Origin: a virus
Taxonomy: Duplodnaviria > Caudoviricetes
Direction: 5' to 3' (one strand)
Virus record (IMG/VR): IMGVR_UViG_3300023179_008764
Span: 1-54,972 of that record
Length of the DNA: 54,972 bases
The position numbers and the translations under genes were made by a program. The notes below the pieces were generated by a model that was given only the letters and a program-made list of their open reading frames with translations, was not told the origin of the DNA and searched no databases. Positions within the stretch are counted from its first letter, which is position 1; every line of letters begins with the position of its first letter. Shown in pieces: positions 37,660 through 46,382 of this stretch.

Positions 37660-38283
37660 TTTTTTCTTAAAAATAATAAAAGGCTTTTTTGTTTCTGGAT
37701 TAAAAATTTTTAATACGTCTTTTCCTTTAAATTTTGGACCACCTTGTTTATTAACTATAAGTGTTTTTTGTTTATTAGCTATTTGTCTTATTAAATTTTC
37801 TGAATAGTTTGCTTGTTTCCAAACACCAGCAAGTTTATCTTTTTTATTAATAGCTACAATTTTATATTTTGTAGATTCGTTCACAGGTTTATTTACATCG
37901 ATTATTGCATTTAGCTTCTTGAGAAATGGCTCTCCAACTAAAATTGGATCTTCATTCTCAGATCTATCAGCAACACTAAATGGAACACCTTTATACATTT
38001 TCCCATTTATCTTTATATCCATTAAAACTATAGGTCTATCTTCCTTAACACCACTTCCAATATGTATTTTTATTTCACCTTTACGAGGTTTAGTAACACG
38101 CTTGTCACCTACAGTAGTAAATGAAACGTTCTCTCCTTCTTCAGAGACATCAACCCCATGAATAACGTTATAAGCTTCATTACCGCTATCTATCTTTGCC
38201 TTAATTTTGCCTAAACCGTCTATTTCAATAAGCTCGTTTGTACCAAAAACCGGTTTTTCATAAAATTCTTTAAACGTCTGCAT
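37624..38283 (-). CDS. Retropepsin-like aspartic protease (RimK-associated type)
   Basis: KAKIDSGN, EDRPIV, FSVADRS, PILVG; MQTFKEFYE leader. Confidence 0.8.
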   Translation of the reverse strand: MQTFKEFYEKPVFGTNELIEIDGLGKIKAKIDSGNEAYNVIHGVDVSEEGENVSFTTVGDKRVTKPRKGEIKIHIGSGVKEDRPIVLMDIKINGKMYKGVPFSVADRSENEDPILVGEPFLKKLNAIIDVNKPVNESTKYKIVAINKKDKLAGVWKQANYSENLIRQIANKQKTLIVNKQGGPKFKGKDVLKIFNPETKKPFIIFKKKSESSEPDTLKN

Positions 38284-38330
38284 CAAAGATATTTATGGAT
38301 AATTTTTGCGTTTCTTCTATTATAGATGTA

Positions 38331-38741
38331 ATGGACAACATTTTTAAAAGATGTACTGAAATATCACATGCACTATTAAAAAAGCATGGTGATTATCGCT
38401 GCAAGCATTTCTCGTTTATTTTTGATAAGAATAGGCTAATTTCTATTGGGTTTAACAACCCAAACAAAACACATCCTAAAAATTTACAAATAGGATTTTT
38501 TAATAGAAGAGGAGAAGATATTTCACATACAGTAGGAGTACATTCAGAGTTGTCAGCAATTTTAAAGCTAGGTGAAGAAGATTGCACTGGATTAACACTT
38601 GTCAATACACGTATTAATAGAAATAATCAGTTAGACTTTTCTAAACCCTGTAAAGGCTGTAATTCATTAATCAGACAATTAAATTTTAAGAAAGTATACT
38701 TTTCAGTCGACAATAAATCGTTTTCTCAGCTATCAGACTAA
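38331..38741 (+). CDS. Zinc-dependent cytidine/dCMP deaminase-fold protein (start moved to ATG 38331)
   Basis: HSE and SKPCKGC motifs. Confidence 0.8.
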   Translation: MDNIFKRCTEISHALLKKHGDYRCKHFSFIFDKNRLISIGFNNPNKTHPKNLQIGFFNRRGEDISHTVGVHSELSAILKLGEEDCTGLTLVNTRINRNNQLDFSKPCKGCNSLIRQLNFKKVYFSVDNKSFSQLSD

Positions 38742-38752
38742 TAAATATTTAC

Positions 38753-39412
38753 ATGTTCGCAAAAGATTATAATCTTTTAAATGAGCTTTACAACCAAAAG
38801 ATTGCTAAAGAAAATGTTGGTTTAGGACCATTAGGTGATAATACTGGCGTAACACCTTCTCCTTCAAAAATTGAGAGAGTTTCTATACCCCCTAAAAAGG
38901 GATGTGATAAATGCGGCGAAAATGAAGAGCATTGTGAATATGCTGCTAAAGGTTGTACATGTAACCATTGTCCGGAATGTAAAGCTAATCAACATAAAGA
39001 AAAGAGCGAGGATTGTGAAGGCTATAACCCTGATAATTATGATAGTAATGGTAAGATGGCTCGTCAATTATTGTTTAGAATGGTAAAGTTATCCGCTATG
39101 TTACATGATCTTTTAAAAGATAAAAATAATGTTGAAGCATGGGTTTTGAGTAAAATTACTAACGCTCACGATCAACTAGAATCTGTTTTTGGTTATGAAG
39201 ATTACGAACATGCTTTAAACCCCATGCATGGTGCGTGTGATGATATGCAGGGTAATTTAGAAGAAAACAATGAAGAAGATCTCTATGCTGCTATTTCTAA
39301 AGGCGGTGACGATCTTTTAAATCAAATTAAGACTGTTTTGAGACGTGAATCAAAAGATACTTTAGAAAAAGTTTTATTTGAAACTATTACTTTGCTAGAA
39401 GAAAAAAAATAA
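38753..39412 (+). CDS. Late protein with Cys-rich segment, probable internal head protein
   Basis: TAAATA-N5-ATG; CDKC..C..CTCNHCPEC; EAWVLSKIT. Confidence 0.6.
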   Translation: MFAKDYNLLNELYNQKIAKENVGLGPLGDNTGVTPSPSKIERVSIPPKKGCDKCGENEEHCEYAAKGCTCNHCPECKANQHKEKSEDCEGYNPDNYDSNGKMARQLLFRMVKLSAMLHDLLKDKNNVEAWVLSKITNAHDQLESVFGYEDYEHALNPMHGACDDMQGNLEENNEEDLYAAISKGGDDLLNQIKTVLRRESKDTLEKVLFETITLLEEKK

Positions 39413-40066
39413 TTAACCTAATTTAGTGTTAAAAAGATTATAAATTTTTGGATCAAACTTACCACCTAATACAGCTTTTATAATTTGCTTTCTCATATTT
39501 TCATCTGACTGTCTATATAAACTTCTTAATTCTGAAGCACTAGTAATTTTCTTTCCACCTACAGAAAAATCTATAGTAATAGGAGCAAATATATAACCAT
39601 GCCCACCATCCTCTCTAAACGGTTGCATTGAGTTTAAATCTGTAAATGGCTGAAAATAAGTTGGTGTACCTTTTTTTGTTGTACCGAATTTAAATCTAGG
39701 ATCAGATTCCATATCTTTCTTTCCTACAACGTAAACCACTTTTGCAATATTAGCATCATAGTTGCTAAGAATTTCTAAAGGTTTGTAAGGCTGTTTAACC
39801 TGAGCTATTTCACCTTCAGGTATACCAGCTGCAACCATTATAGCTTTTTTTTCTGCAAAATTAAAAGGATATCTTTCAGGATCTTTTACTTTAGCTATTT
39901 CATCAGCTGTTGCGATAAAAAAATCCGCGGCTGGAAATTGCTTTTTAGCCATATCATATATTTTTTTATGACCTTCATGAAAAGGCTGAAAGCGTCCAGG
40001 AAAAATAACAATTAAATTATTTTTTTGATGTTGTAATATTTCGTTAACTAATTTATAAAATTTCAT
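39413..40066 (-). CDS. HxGH (cytidylyltransferase-like) nucleotidyltransferase
   Basis: FPGRFQPFHEGH, YPFNFAEK, SASELR. Confidence 0.85.
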   Translation of the reverse strand: MKFYKLVNEILQHQKNNLIVIFPGRFQPFHEGHKKIYDMAKKQFPAADFFIATADEIAKVKDPERYPFNFAEKKAIMVAAGIPEGEIAQVKQPYKPLEILSNYDANIAKVVYVVGKKDMESDPRFKFGTTKKGTPTYFQPFTDLNSMQPFREDGGHGYIFAPITIDFSVGGKKITSASELRSLYRQSDENMRKQIIKAVLGGKFDPKIYNLFNTKLG

Positions 40067-41253
40067 AGTTGTACCCCAGGAGTTAATGTCATTCTAGCAC
40101 CTTCTTTACCATATTCTGGATTAACCATATAATTTTGATTAGACATTTGTCTAGGATTTTCTTCTTCTTCTTGACGCTTAGTAGCAAACTTACCTTGTTC
40201 TTTTCCTAAAATAAAATTACCAGTTATTTTAACTGGATTTGGAGATATAGATTTATCCCTTACGACAATACCTTCTTGCGTGCTCAAAGTACCTAGATCT
40301 GAAGAAGCTGCATCTTTAATTGCTTGCCCTAAAATCATAGTAGCATGATAAAACACAGCACCTGAAATAGCTTTTTCTATAGCTTTTTTATCATTACCTA
40401 TATACATGTTCATAGGCGTCCCAGCCGAGATGTTTTTATAATTTTCTAAACTCATAGCTGAAATAGTTTTACCCGAAGCAAGCTTAATCTTATCTGCTCT
40501 TGGATTTTTAGCTGCAGCTAACCAATCTTTCAAAGGTTTTGTAGCTATATTTTTTGAATCATAACTAACAGTAAAAGGTTCATTTAAAGGCTTATTAAAG
40601 TCAACCTTATTCATTTTTACAATAAATTCATGCTCTACATCAAAATTCTTTTGTTTAGCAATAGGGTCAACTTTTGCAATTAAATCTTGTAAAGCTTTTT
40701 TATCGTAATTTATTTCTCTCGATGCCCTTCTTACACTACCTCTTACCGGGCTTTTTACTTCTATAATTTCGTTCAACCCATGTATTGCTAAGAAGTTTTT
40801 TGCATAACCAACTACATTTGTTGCTCCTTGAACATATTCCATATTAAATAAAATTTTGTTATTATTCCACATTTTTAATTTTTTAAGATCTTTTTCTATA
40901 GTAGGAATTGCAGTATTAAAGATATCTAAAACAGTACCACCTATATTAATCATACCATGTCCTTGAGGAAACCTAGCTGTCAATTTAGCTTTTGTAACTC
41001 CCTCTACATCTTCCGGTTTATTTGAGCCTCTATCCATAGCAAATTCTTTCTGACCTTCAGCATTTGTTATTAACTTTATAGAAGCATTAGCACCGTCTAT
41101 TTTTACTGCAGAAGGCTTAGTACCGAGGCTTTTAGCAAGTTTATCAAATATAGAAATCAAATTCTTACCTGTATTAGCTCCTGGTAAATCAAAGGGATGG
41201 GCCATGTGACCAGCTACCCCGCCCTCCAATATAAACTGTGCAAACGTTATCAT
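40063..41253 (-). CDS. Ligase-like covalent nucleotidyltransferase (DUF6267-like; start moved to ATG 41253)
   Basis: GHMAHPFD, KIDG, NMEYV, EGIVVR, VKITG; MITFAQFILE|GG leader. Confidence 0.65.
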   Translation of the reverse strand: MITFAQFILEGGVAGHMAHPFDLPGANTGKNLISIFDKLAKSLGTKPSAVKIDGANASIKLITNAEGQKEFAMDRGSNKPEDVEGVTKAKLTARFPQGHGMINIGGTVLDIFNTAIPTIEKDLKKLKMWNNNKILFNMEYVQGATNVVGYAKNFLAIHGLNEIIEVKSPVRGSVRRASREINYDKKALQDLIAKVDPIAKQKNFDVEHEFIVKMNKVDFNKPLNEPFTVSYDSKNIATKPLKDWLAAAKNPRADKIKLASGKTISAMSLENYKNISAGTPMNMYIGNDKKAIEKAISGAVFYHATMILGQAIKDAASSDLGTLSTQEGIVVRDKSISPNPVKITGNFILGKEQGKFATKRQEEEENPRQMSNQNYMVNPEYGKEGARMTLTPGVQL

Positions 41254-41254
41254 A

Positions 41255-42772
41255 CTAACTAGGAAAAGACACCTGTGCTGCAGCACCTCTTTTGTCAATA
41301 GATATGTTAACTTTTGCATTATTTTTTAGTAAGAAATTGTATGTAGTAAATAATTTTTCACCTATTGAATTACCAGGGACGCTAAAAAACATTACTTTTT
41401 TATGTGATATATCTTCCTTTACATCTTCTGGTGTATCTTTAGGAAATGATCTACCACTAGCAAATATTATTCCTTTAAAATTATGATAATGTTTGTACAG
41501 CGCAATATGTAACGCTGCAATAATATATCTTAAACCTTGCATATCTTTTAAATTATGTCTAAAAAAGTTAATATTTTGCATTATAAAAGTTATTAACTGT
41601 TCTTTATCATTTTCATTTAATTCATATGTCCTACAAGCTACTATCCCTTTAGCTAGCTGATCATTTGTTAAACTATCTATATCACCAAAAAAAGCATTTA
41701 CTGAAGAAAGAAAATCTTTTAATGGTTCTACTTTTTTTGCTGTTTGATAAGCTGTAAGTCTATCGACAATATTCTTTTTAAGAGTCTCTACTGACTTTAC
41801 AACTTTATTTTTAGCTACTACCTGAGGTATAGCTGTTTCAATAGTACTAACTAAATCTTGCAAATTATTATCATTATCTAATGCATTTTTAACATTAGTA
41901 AGATAATTTCTTATATTAGGTAGATTTGTACTTTTCTTAGATTCAGGTGATTCAGAAAGCGCTTTTTCAATAAAATTTAATATATCTTTTTTAGCAGCTC
42001 GTAAAGCTTTTTCTGGTAGACTTTCTGCTGCAGACTGTGATAAAATATTAGCTAATTCATCTTGTGTACCTTCTATAGCAAACGATTTACCAGCACCTAT
42101 CATTCGCGCGTCATAGTCTTTAAACTCTACTTCTCCAAATCCTGGAAAAAACAAATCACCTGTCTTTCCCTTTACAGCATCAGATATTAATGTTGTAGCT
42201 ACTTCACCCCTACCTACATTAATACCTTTTAGTTGAGGTACAATATTAAATAAATTTCCAACCACTTTTAAAGCGTCTTCTGGGTTACTGAATAACGCTT
42301 TAAATGTATCCGGAATTAAATCAAAATACAGTTTAGGAGCTGTACTGTCACCTGCTTCAATCAATTTTCTTGTCGGGTTATTAGGATCAGTTTGAATGGT
42401 AATTAAATTTTCAAAAGCATCTACATTTAATTTATATTTATCAAACGCTGAATGAACACGTTCTGAAACAGCTTTAACTGACCACCCGTCTTTAGATAGC
42501 GCTTCATCTATAATATTATTAGCTGATACATCCTTACCGGACTTACCTTTCCACGACCTACTTTTATCTATTAGCCTTGCAATGTTATCCGCTAGCTGAT
42601 CTGAAACACCTTTAAACTCTTGCATAGAGCCGTGAGGTGGGTTTTTATGAACCAATATTTCTGCGTTCTCTTTATTTATGTAAACTATATTACGAGGTGG
42701 CGGAGGTACTGGCTTATTAAATGATTCAGATAGATAGACTTGATCTAAGCTCCTGTAAGGCTTTTTCTTCAT
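41255..42772 (-). CDS. Large protein with PD-(D/E)xK nuclease-like motif
   Basis: GRGE...GDL...EVEFK, followed by a helical insertion. Confidence 0.5.
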   Translation of the reverse strand: MKKKPYRSLDQVYLSESFNKPVPPPPRNIVYINKENAEILVHKNPPHGSMQEFKGVSDQLADNIARLIDKSRSWKGKSGKDVSANNIIDEALSKDGWSVKAVSERVHSAFDKYKLNVDAFENLITIQTDPNNPTRKLIEAGDSTAPKLYFDLIPDTFKALFSNPEDALKVVGNLFNIVPQLKGINVGRGEVATTLISDAVKGKTGDLFFPGFGEVEFKDYDARMIGAGKSFAIEGTQDELANILSQSAAESLPEKALRAAKKDILNFIEKALSESPESKKSTNLPNIRNYLTNVKNALDNDNNLQDLVSTIETAIPQVVAKNKVVKSVETLKKNIVDRLTAYQTAKKVEPLKDFLSSVNAFFGDIDSLTNDQLAKGIVACRTYELNENDKEQLITFIMQNINFFRHNLKDMQGLRYIIAALHIALYKHYHNFKGIIFASGRSFPKDTPEDVKEDISHKKVMFFSVPGNSIGEKLFTTYNFLLKNNAKVNISIDKRGAAAQVSFPS

Positions 42773-42774
42773 GA

Positions 42775-43224
42775 TTAAACTGCGACATCATTGCTGTATC
42801 GCTTCATTATATTTAGAATTTCCTTATACTTTGCCATAAAATTATTTTCATTTATAGACTTTACAAAGCTTTGAAAATGAGGATTTTGAACTTTTTGAGG
42901 GTTGTCTTGATAATTTTCATTAGCCGCAATAGCTGCTTGCAGACCTTCTCTTACTTCTGTAGCGTTTTCTTTAGTTATTGGAATAGAAAATAAATCATCA
43001 ATAGCCCCTGGAGGTACGTTCATAACTAAAGCTTTAGCAAGCATTCTTACTATATCTACATATCCTTCTGGTGGAATTGATTGTGGTTGTGTGTCTGTTG
43101 CAGCTGCAGGCTGCTCTGTAGCTGGGGCTGGTGCTGCAGCATCTTGAGGTGGTAAAGCAGACTGCTCTTCACCTGCTTCTGTGTACATATCCATGTATTT
43201 TTTAAGTGTATTGGCAAAACCCAT
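42775..43224 (-). CDS. Hypothetical late protein
   Basis: TAAATA-N5-ATG; YTE|A followed by Pro/Ala linker. Confidence 0.65.
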   Translation of the reverse strand: MGFANTLKKYMDMYTEAGEEQSALPPQDAAAPAPATEQPAAATDTQPQSIPPEGYVDIVRMLAKALVMNVPPGAIDDLFSIPITKENATEVREGLQAAIAANENYQDNPQKVQNPHFQSFVKSINENNFMAKYKEILNIMKRYSNDVAV

Positions 43225-43240
43225 ACTAATATTTATGTAA

Positions 43241-43804
43241 TTATACTATAAGAAGTTGTTTAGTCTTAAGGAGATTAAAGTATTCCTTATTAAGAAATAC
43301 CAGATCATTTTTCTTAGTAAACGTTTTAACCTTATTAAATGTAAACTTTTCTATATTAACATTGTTTATATAGTCTCTAATACCGTTAATCACTTCAATA
43401 CCCCTTCCATCATTTTTGGATAGTAAATGTGATAAAAATTCAAATGAAATATTTGTTATAAATACCTTTATTGGAAGTATTTTTTTAACTTTTGATAAAA
43501 TAGAATTTATTAGTTTTAATACATCTTCTTCTTTAAAATACTTTAAAATCTTAAATCCTTCTAGCTGCGTATTATTAAAATATATAACATTCTTTTCCGT
43601 AGTTTTATCGTTCAACAAAAATTCACATATACTATGAATAATATGATGATAAAAAAACTTCTTTGCATCTGAACGAATCTTCGGTCCTAACAGCTCAAAT
43701 TGATGTAAATCGTTTATGAGCTTTACTTCAATATTCTTAGTATATAAATGATTAAAATTTATTAATCTAAAATTATATTGCTTAAAGTCCATCTTACGCA
43801 TCAT
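43241..43804 (-). CDS. Hypothetical protein
   Basis: 187-aa ORF. Confidence 0.65.
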   Translation of the reverse strand: MMRKMDFKQYNFRLINFNHLYTKNIEVKLINDLHQFELLGPKIRSDAKKFFYHHIIHSICEFLLNDKTTEKNVIYFNNTQLEGFKILKYFKEEDVLKLINSILSKVKKILPIKVFITNISFEFLSHLLSKNDGRGIEVINGIRDYINNVNIEKFTFNKVKTFTKKNDLVFLNKEYFNLLKTKQLLIV

Positions 43805-43816
43805 AATAAATGCTTT

Positions 43817-44236
43817 TTAATTTTGTTCAAGAAATTTTTTAGGCGGTCGACCGATCCTAACATTTATAATACCATTATAATAGTCATTTCTTAATAAGAC
43901 GTTTCTTTCTATCTGCTCTGAAATTTCAAAATAGGCTAATTCCCACTTAGACTCGCATGTCTTTAGAATTTTAAAAATAAATTTATCTTTACCAAACTTT
44001 AAAATATCTTCGTTTAATTCTGTTGAAGAGCTAGTGTATTCCTTCCAATCCGACTCTTTAATTTCTATTCTTTTATTTTTTTTACCCTTTAACGGCTTTC
44101 TTTTAAGCTTAGATTTGCATTGTTTTTTACCAATATATTTTTTTCCGTTAACCGTATTTGTTATTTCGTAAATAAAACCAAAAGTATTTTCTGTCATTTT
44201 GACAGATTCATTTAATATCCAATGTCCTGTTTCCAC
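43817..44236 (-). CDS. Stand-alone GIY-YIG nuclease
   Basis: GFIYEITNTVNGKKYIGKK, WKEYTSSS, YYN; TAAATA-N5-GTG. Confidence 0.85.
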   Translation of the reverse strand: METGHWILNESVKMTENTFGFIYEITNTVNGKKYIGKKQCKSKLKRKPLKGKKNKRIEIKESDWKEYTSSSTELNEDILKFGKDKFIFKILKTCESKWELAYFEISEQIERNVLLRNDYYNGIINVRIGRPPKKFLEQN

Positions 44237-44248
44237 AGAACTATTTAG

Positions 44249-44506
44249 TTATAGTCCTAAACCTGGCAAAGGCCTTCTTTGTATTTTTATTTTTTCTTTT
44301 TTCTTTTTTTTGCCTACGCCTAGCATTTTTGGCAATCTTGTGTCATTAGGAGCATAAGCTTGATCATTTTGAGAAGGAAACTGATTACCATGCGAACCAG
44401 CTGAGCCACCTTGACCTACACCAAAAACGCTCGCTGGACCCCCGGAAACCATATCTTCTTGCAATACTTTATAGTATGCCTGTTCAAATAACCCCATTGA
44501 TTTCAT
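44249..44506 (-). CDS. Small protein containing a copy of the capsid N-arm peptide and a Lys-rich tail
   Basis: GNQFPSQNDQAYAPNDTRLPK matches gp23 at 20/21 residues; TAAATA at 44522-44527. Confidence 0.8.
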   Translation of the reverse strand: MKSMGLFEQAYYKVLQEDMVSGGPASVFGVGQGGSAGSHGNQFPSQNDQAYAPNDTRLPKMLGVGKKKKKEKIKIQRRPLPGLGL

Positions 44507-44532
44507 AATAAGTTATACTATTATTTAATTTA

Positions 44533-44925
44533 ATGATACTAGAAGATTACATAAAAGAGCTAGAAAATGACTTAAAAATTGATGAGCTTAATTTAAAAGA
44601 TTATCAATTAAGATTACCTGGCATCAAGCATAAATGGGCTGGTAGGTGTATAAGACATAAATTAGATCTTATTGAAGTAAAGCGCGAAAAAGAAAATCTT
44701 AAGAAAACTCTAGCTGATAAGCTTCAAGAGCAAAGCCCAGTAAAAATTGCAACACCGGTTGCCGAAAGAACAGCTGAAAAACACGCAGAAGTTATTAAGC
44801 TTGACGATAAAATTAAACAACTCGAATTAGTTGTAGAACTGTTAGAAAAAGCCGAAAAAACTTTAAGCTCTACATCATATGATATAAAAAATCTCGTTGA
44901 TATTATTAAGCTAGAAACCACATGA
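44533..44925 (+). CDS. uvsY: Recombination mediator (UvsY-like)
   Basis: DLKIDELNL..PGIKHKW...YDIKNLVD; directly upstream of uvsW. Confidence 0.75.
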   Translation: MILEDYIKELENDLKIDELNLKDYQLRLPGIKHKWAGRCIRHKLDLIEVKREKENLKKTLADKLQEQSPVKIATPVAERTAEKHAEVIKLDDKIKQLELVVELLEKAEKTLSSTSYDIKNLVDIIKLETT

Positions 44926-46382
44926 CGAATTTTACTTACGATACAAAAAAGAATACTGCTATTGTTACAGGTGAAATGCTTGAAAATATTAGAGAAGCAT
45001 TTTCTGTTAAAAATGAAGCAGCTTTTTTTGTTAGACGTCGCTATGGGCGTTTTTTACCAGATAGAACTTACGCTATAACACCTGCAGGTAGATTTGAACC
45101 CGGGTTGTATTTTGAAATTAGAAAATATTTAACTAACAACAATTATACAGGTGAAGTTAAAACAGATGAAACTCTCTTTGATGTAATTAAGCCATCTCAC
45201 CGGTGGGAGAGTAATCCACAATTTTCTAAAGACGTTATACCTCTTGCATTACCGTTAAGAGACTATCAAGAAGAAATTGTAAGAAAAGCGTTTAATATAG
45301 GCCGAGGTACAATTGTGCTTGCTACTGCAGGCGGTAAAACACTTACTGCTGCCTCATTACTAACAAAAATATTTTTACTACATGGTTCTAATTTTAAGTG
45401 CTTATACATTGTACCGGATTTAGGATTAGTGGAGCAAACATATAGTGATTTTCTAGCTTATAATGTACCTTTTTCTATGCGTAAGTGGACGGGTAATAGC
45501 CCTTACGAGCACGATAATTCAAATATTGTTATTGCTAACCTAGGTATCTTGCAAAGTAAAAATACGGATTTATCTTGGATTCAAAACGTAGATGCTTTAA
45601 TTGTTGACGAAGTACATAAAATTAGAAAAGGAAATGAAGTTAATAAAATTATTAAATTAATCAAAACGCCTGTTCGATTTGGGTTTACTGGTACAATGCC
45701 TGAAAATTTAATGGACCAATGGAATATTATAGGCAAGATAGGTCCTGTAATATACGAGAAGAATAGCTACGAACTTAGGTTAGAGAACTTTATTAGTAAT
45801 GTACAAGTTCAAATATTGAAATTAATTTATAAAGAAGACCCTTTTAAAGATGTAGTAATATCATCAGCAAATTTATTTAGAGAAGAGCAAAGATTCTTAA
45901 TGCGCAGCACATTTAGAAATTCTGTAATTAGTAAGCTCGCTTGTAAGCTTAATAATAACGCTCTTATTTTGGTAGACTTTATTGAGCATGGAGAAAATTT
46001 ATACAGAGCAATTAAAGAAATGTGTCCAAATAAACAATGTTATTTTATTAGAGGAGAAGTAGAAGTTACTGAAAGAGAAAAAATAAGAAAGCTTATAGAA
46101 GAGCATTCTGACGTTGTTGTAGTAGCTATTACAAAAATATTTTCGACAGGTATTAATATAAAAAATCTCCATTACATTATTTTTGCATGCGGTGGAAAGG
46201 CCAAAATTAAAATAGTTCAGTCAATAGGTAGAGGTCTTCGCTTGCATAAGGATAAGGATAAGCTTATAATATTTGATGTCGCTGACGACTTTAAGTATGG
46301 CTTATTGCATATGGATAAGCGTATAGCACTTTATGAGAAAGAAAAAATCCAACACACAATTAAAGAAATTACCGAAGCTTAA
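44922..46382 (+). CDS. uvsW: SF2 DNA helicase (UvsW-like)
   Basis: LRDYQ, ATAGGKT, DEVH, GFTGT, FSTGINIKNLH, QSIGRGLR. Confidence 0.93.
   Translation: MTNFTYDTKKNTAIVTGEMLENIREAFSVKNEAAFFVRRRYGRFLPDRTYAITPAGRFEPGLYFEIRKYLTNNNYTGEVKTDETLFDVIKPSHRWESNPQFSKDVIPLALPLRDYQEEIVRKAFNIGRGTIVLATAGGKTLTAASLLTKIFLLHGSNFKCLYIVPDLGLVEQTYSDFLAYNVPFSMRKWTGNSPYEHDNSNIVIANLGILQSKNTDLSWIQNVDALIVDEVHKIRKGNEVNKIIKLIKTPVRFGFTGTMPENLMDQWNIIGKIGPVIYEKNSYELRLENFISNVQVQILKLIYKEDPFKDVVISSANLFREEQRFLMRSTFRNSVISKLACKLNNNALILVDFIEHGENLYRAIKEMCPNKQCYFIRGEVEVTEREKIRKLIEEHSDVVVVAITKIFSTGINIKNLHYIIFACGGKAKIKIVQSIGRGLRLHKDKDKLIIFDVADDFKYGLLHMDKRIALYEKEKIQHTIKEITEA

Noticed and set aside
43817-44236. GIY-YIG gene as a mobile homing endonuclease or intron
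   Set aside because: Only 139 aa, no C-terminal DNA-binding modules, no interrupted gene
16417-44389. Capsid-motif duplication as a DGR template/variable repeat pair or an assembly artefact
   Set aside because: Differences are synonymous and not adenine-restricted; no reverse transcriptase in the window; the DNA copies are too diverged for mis-assembly
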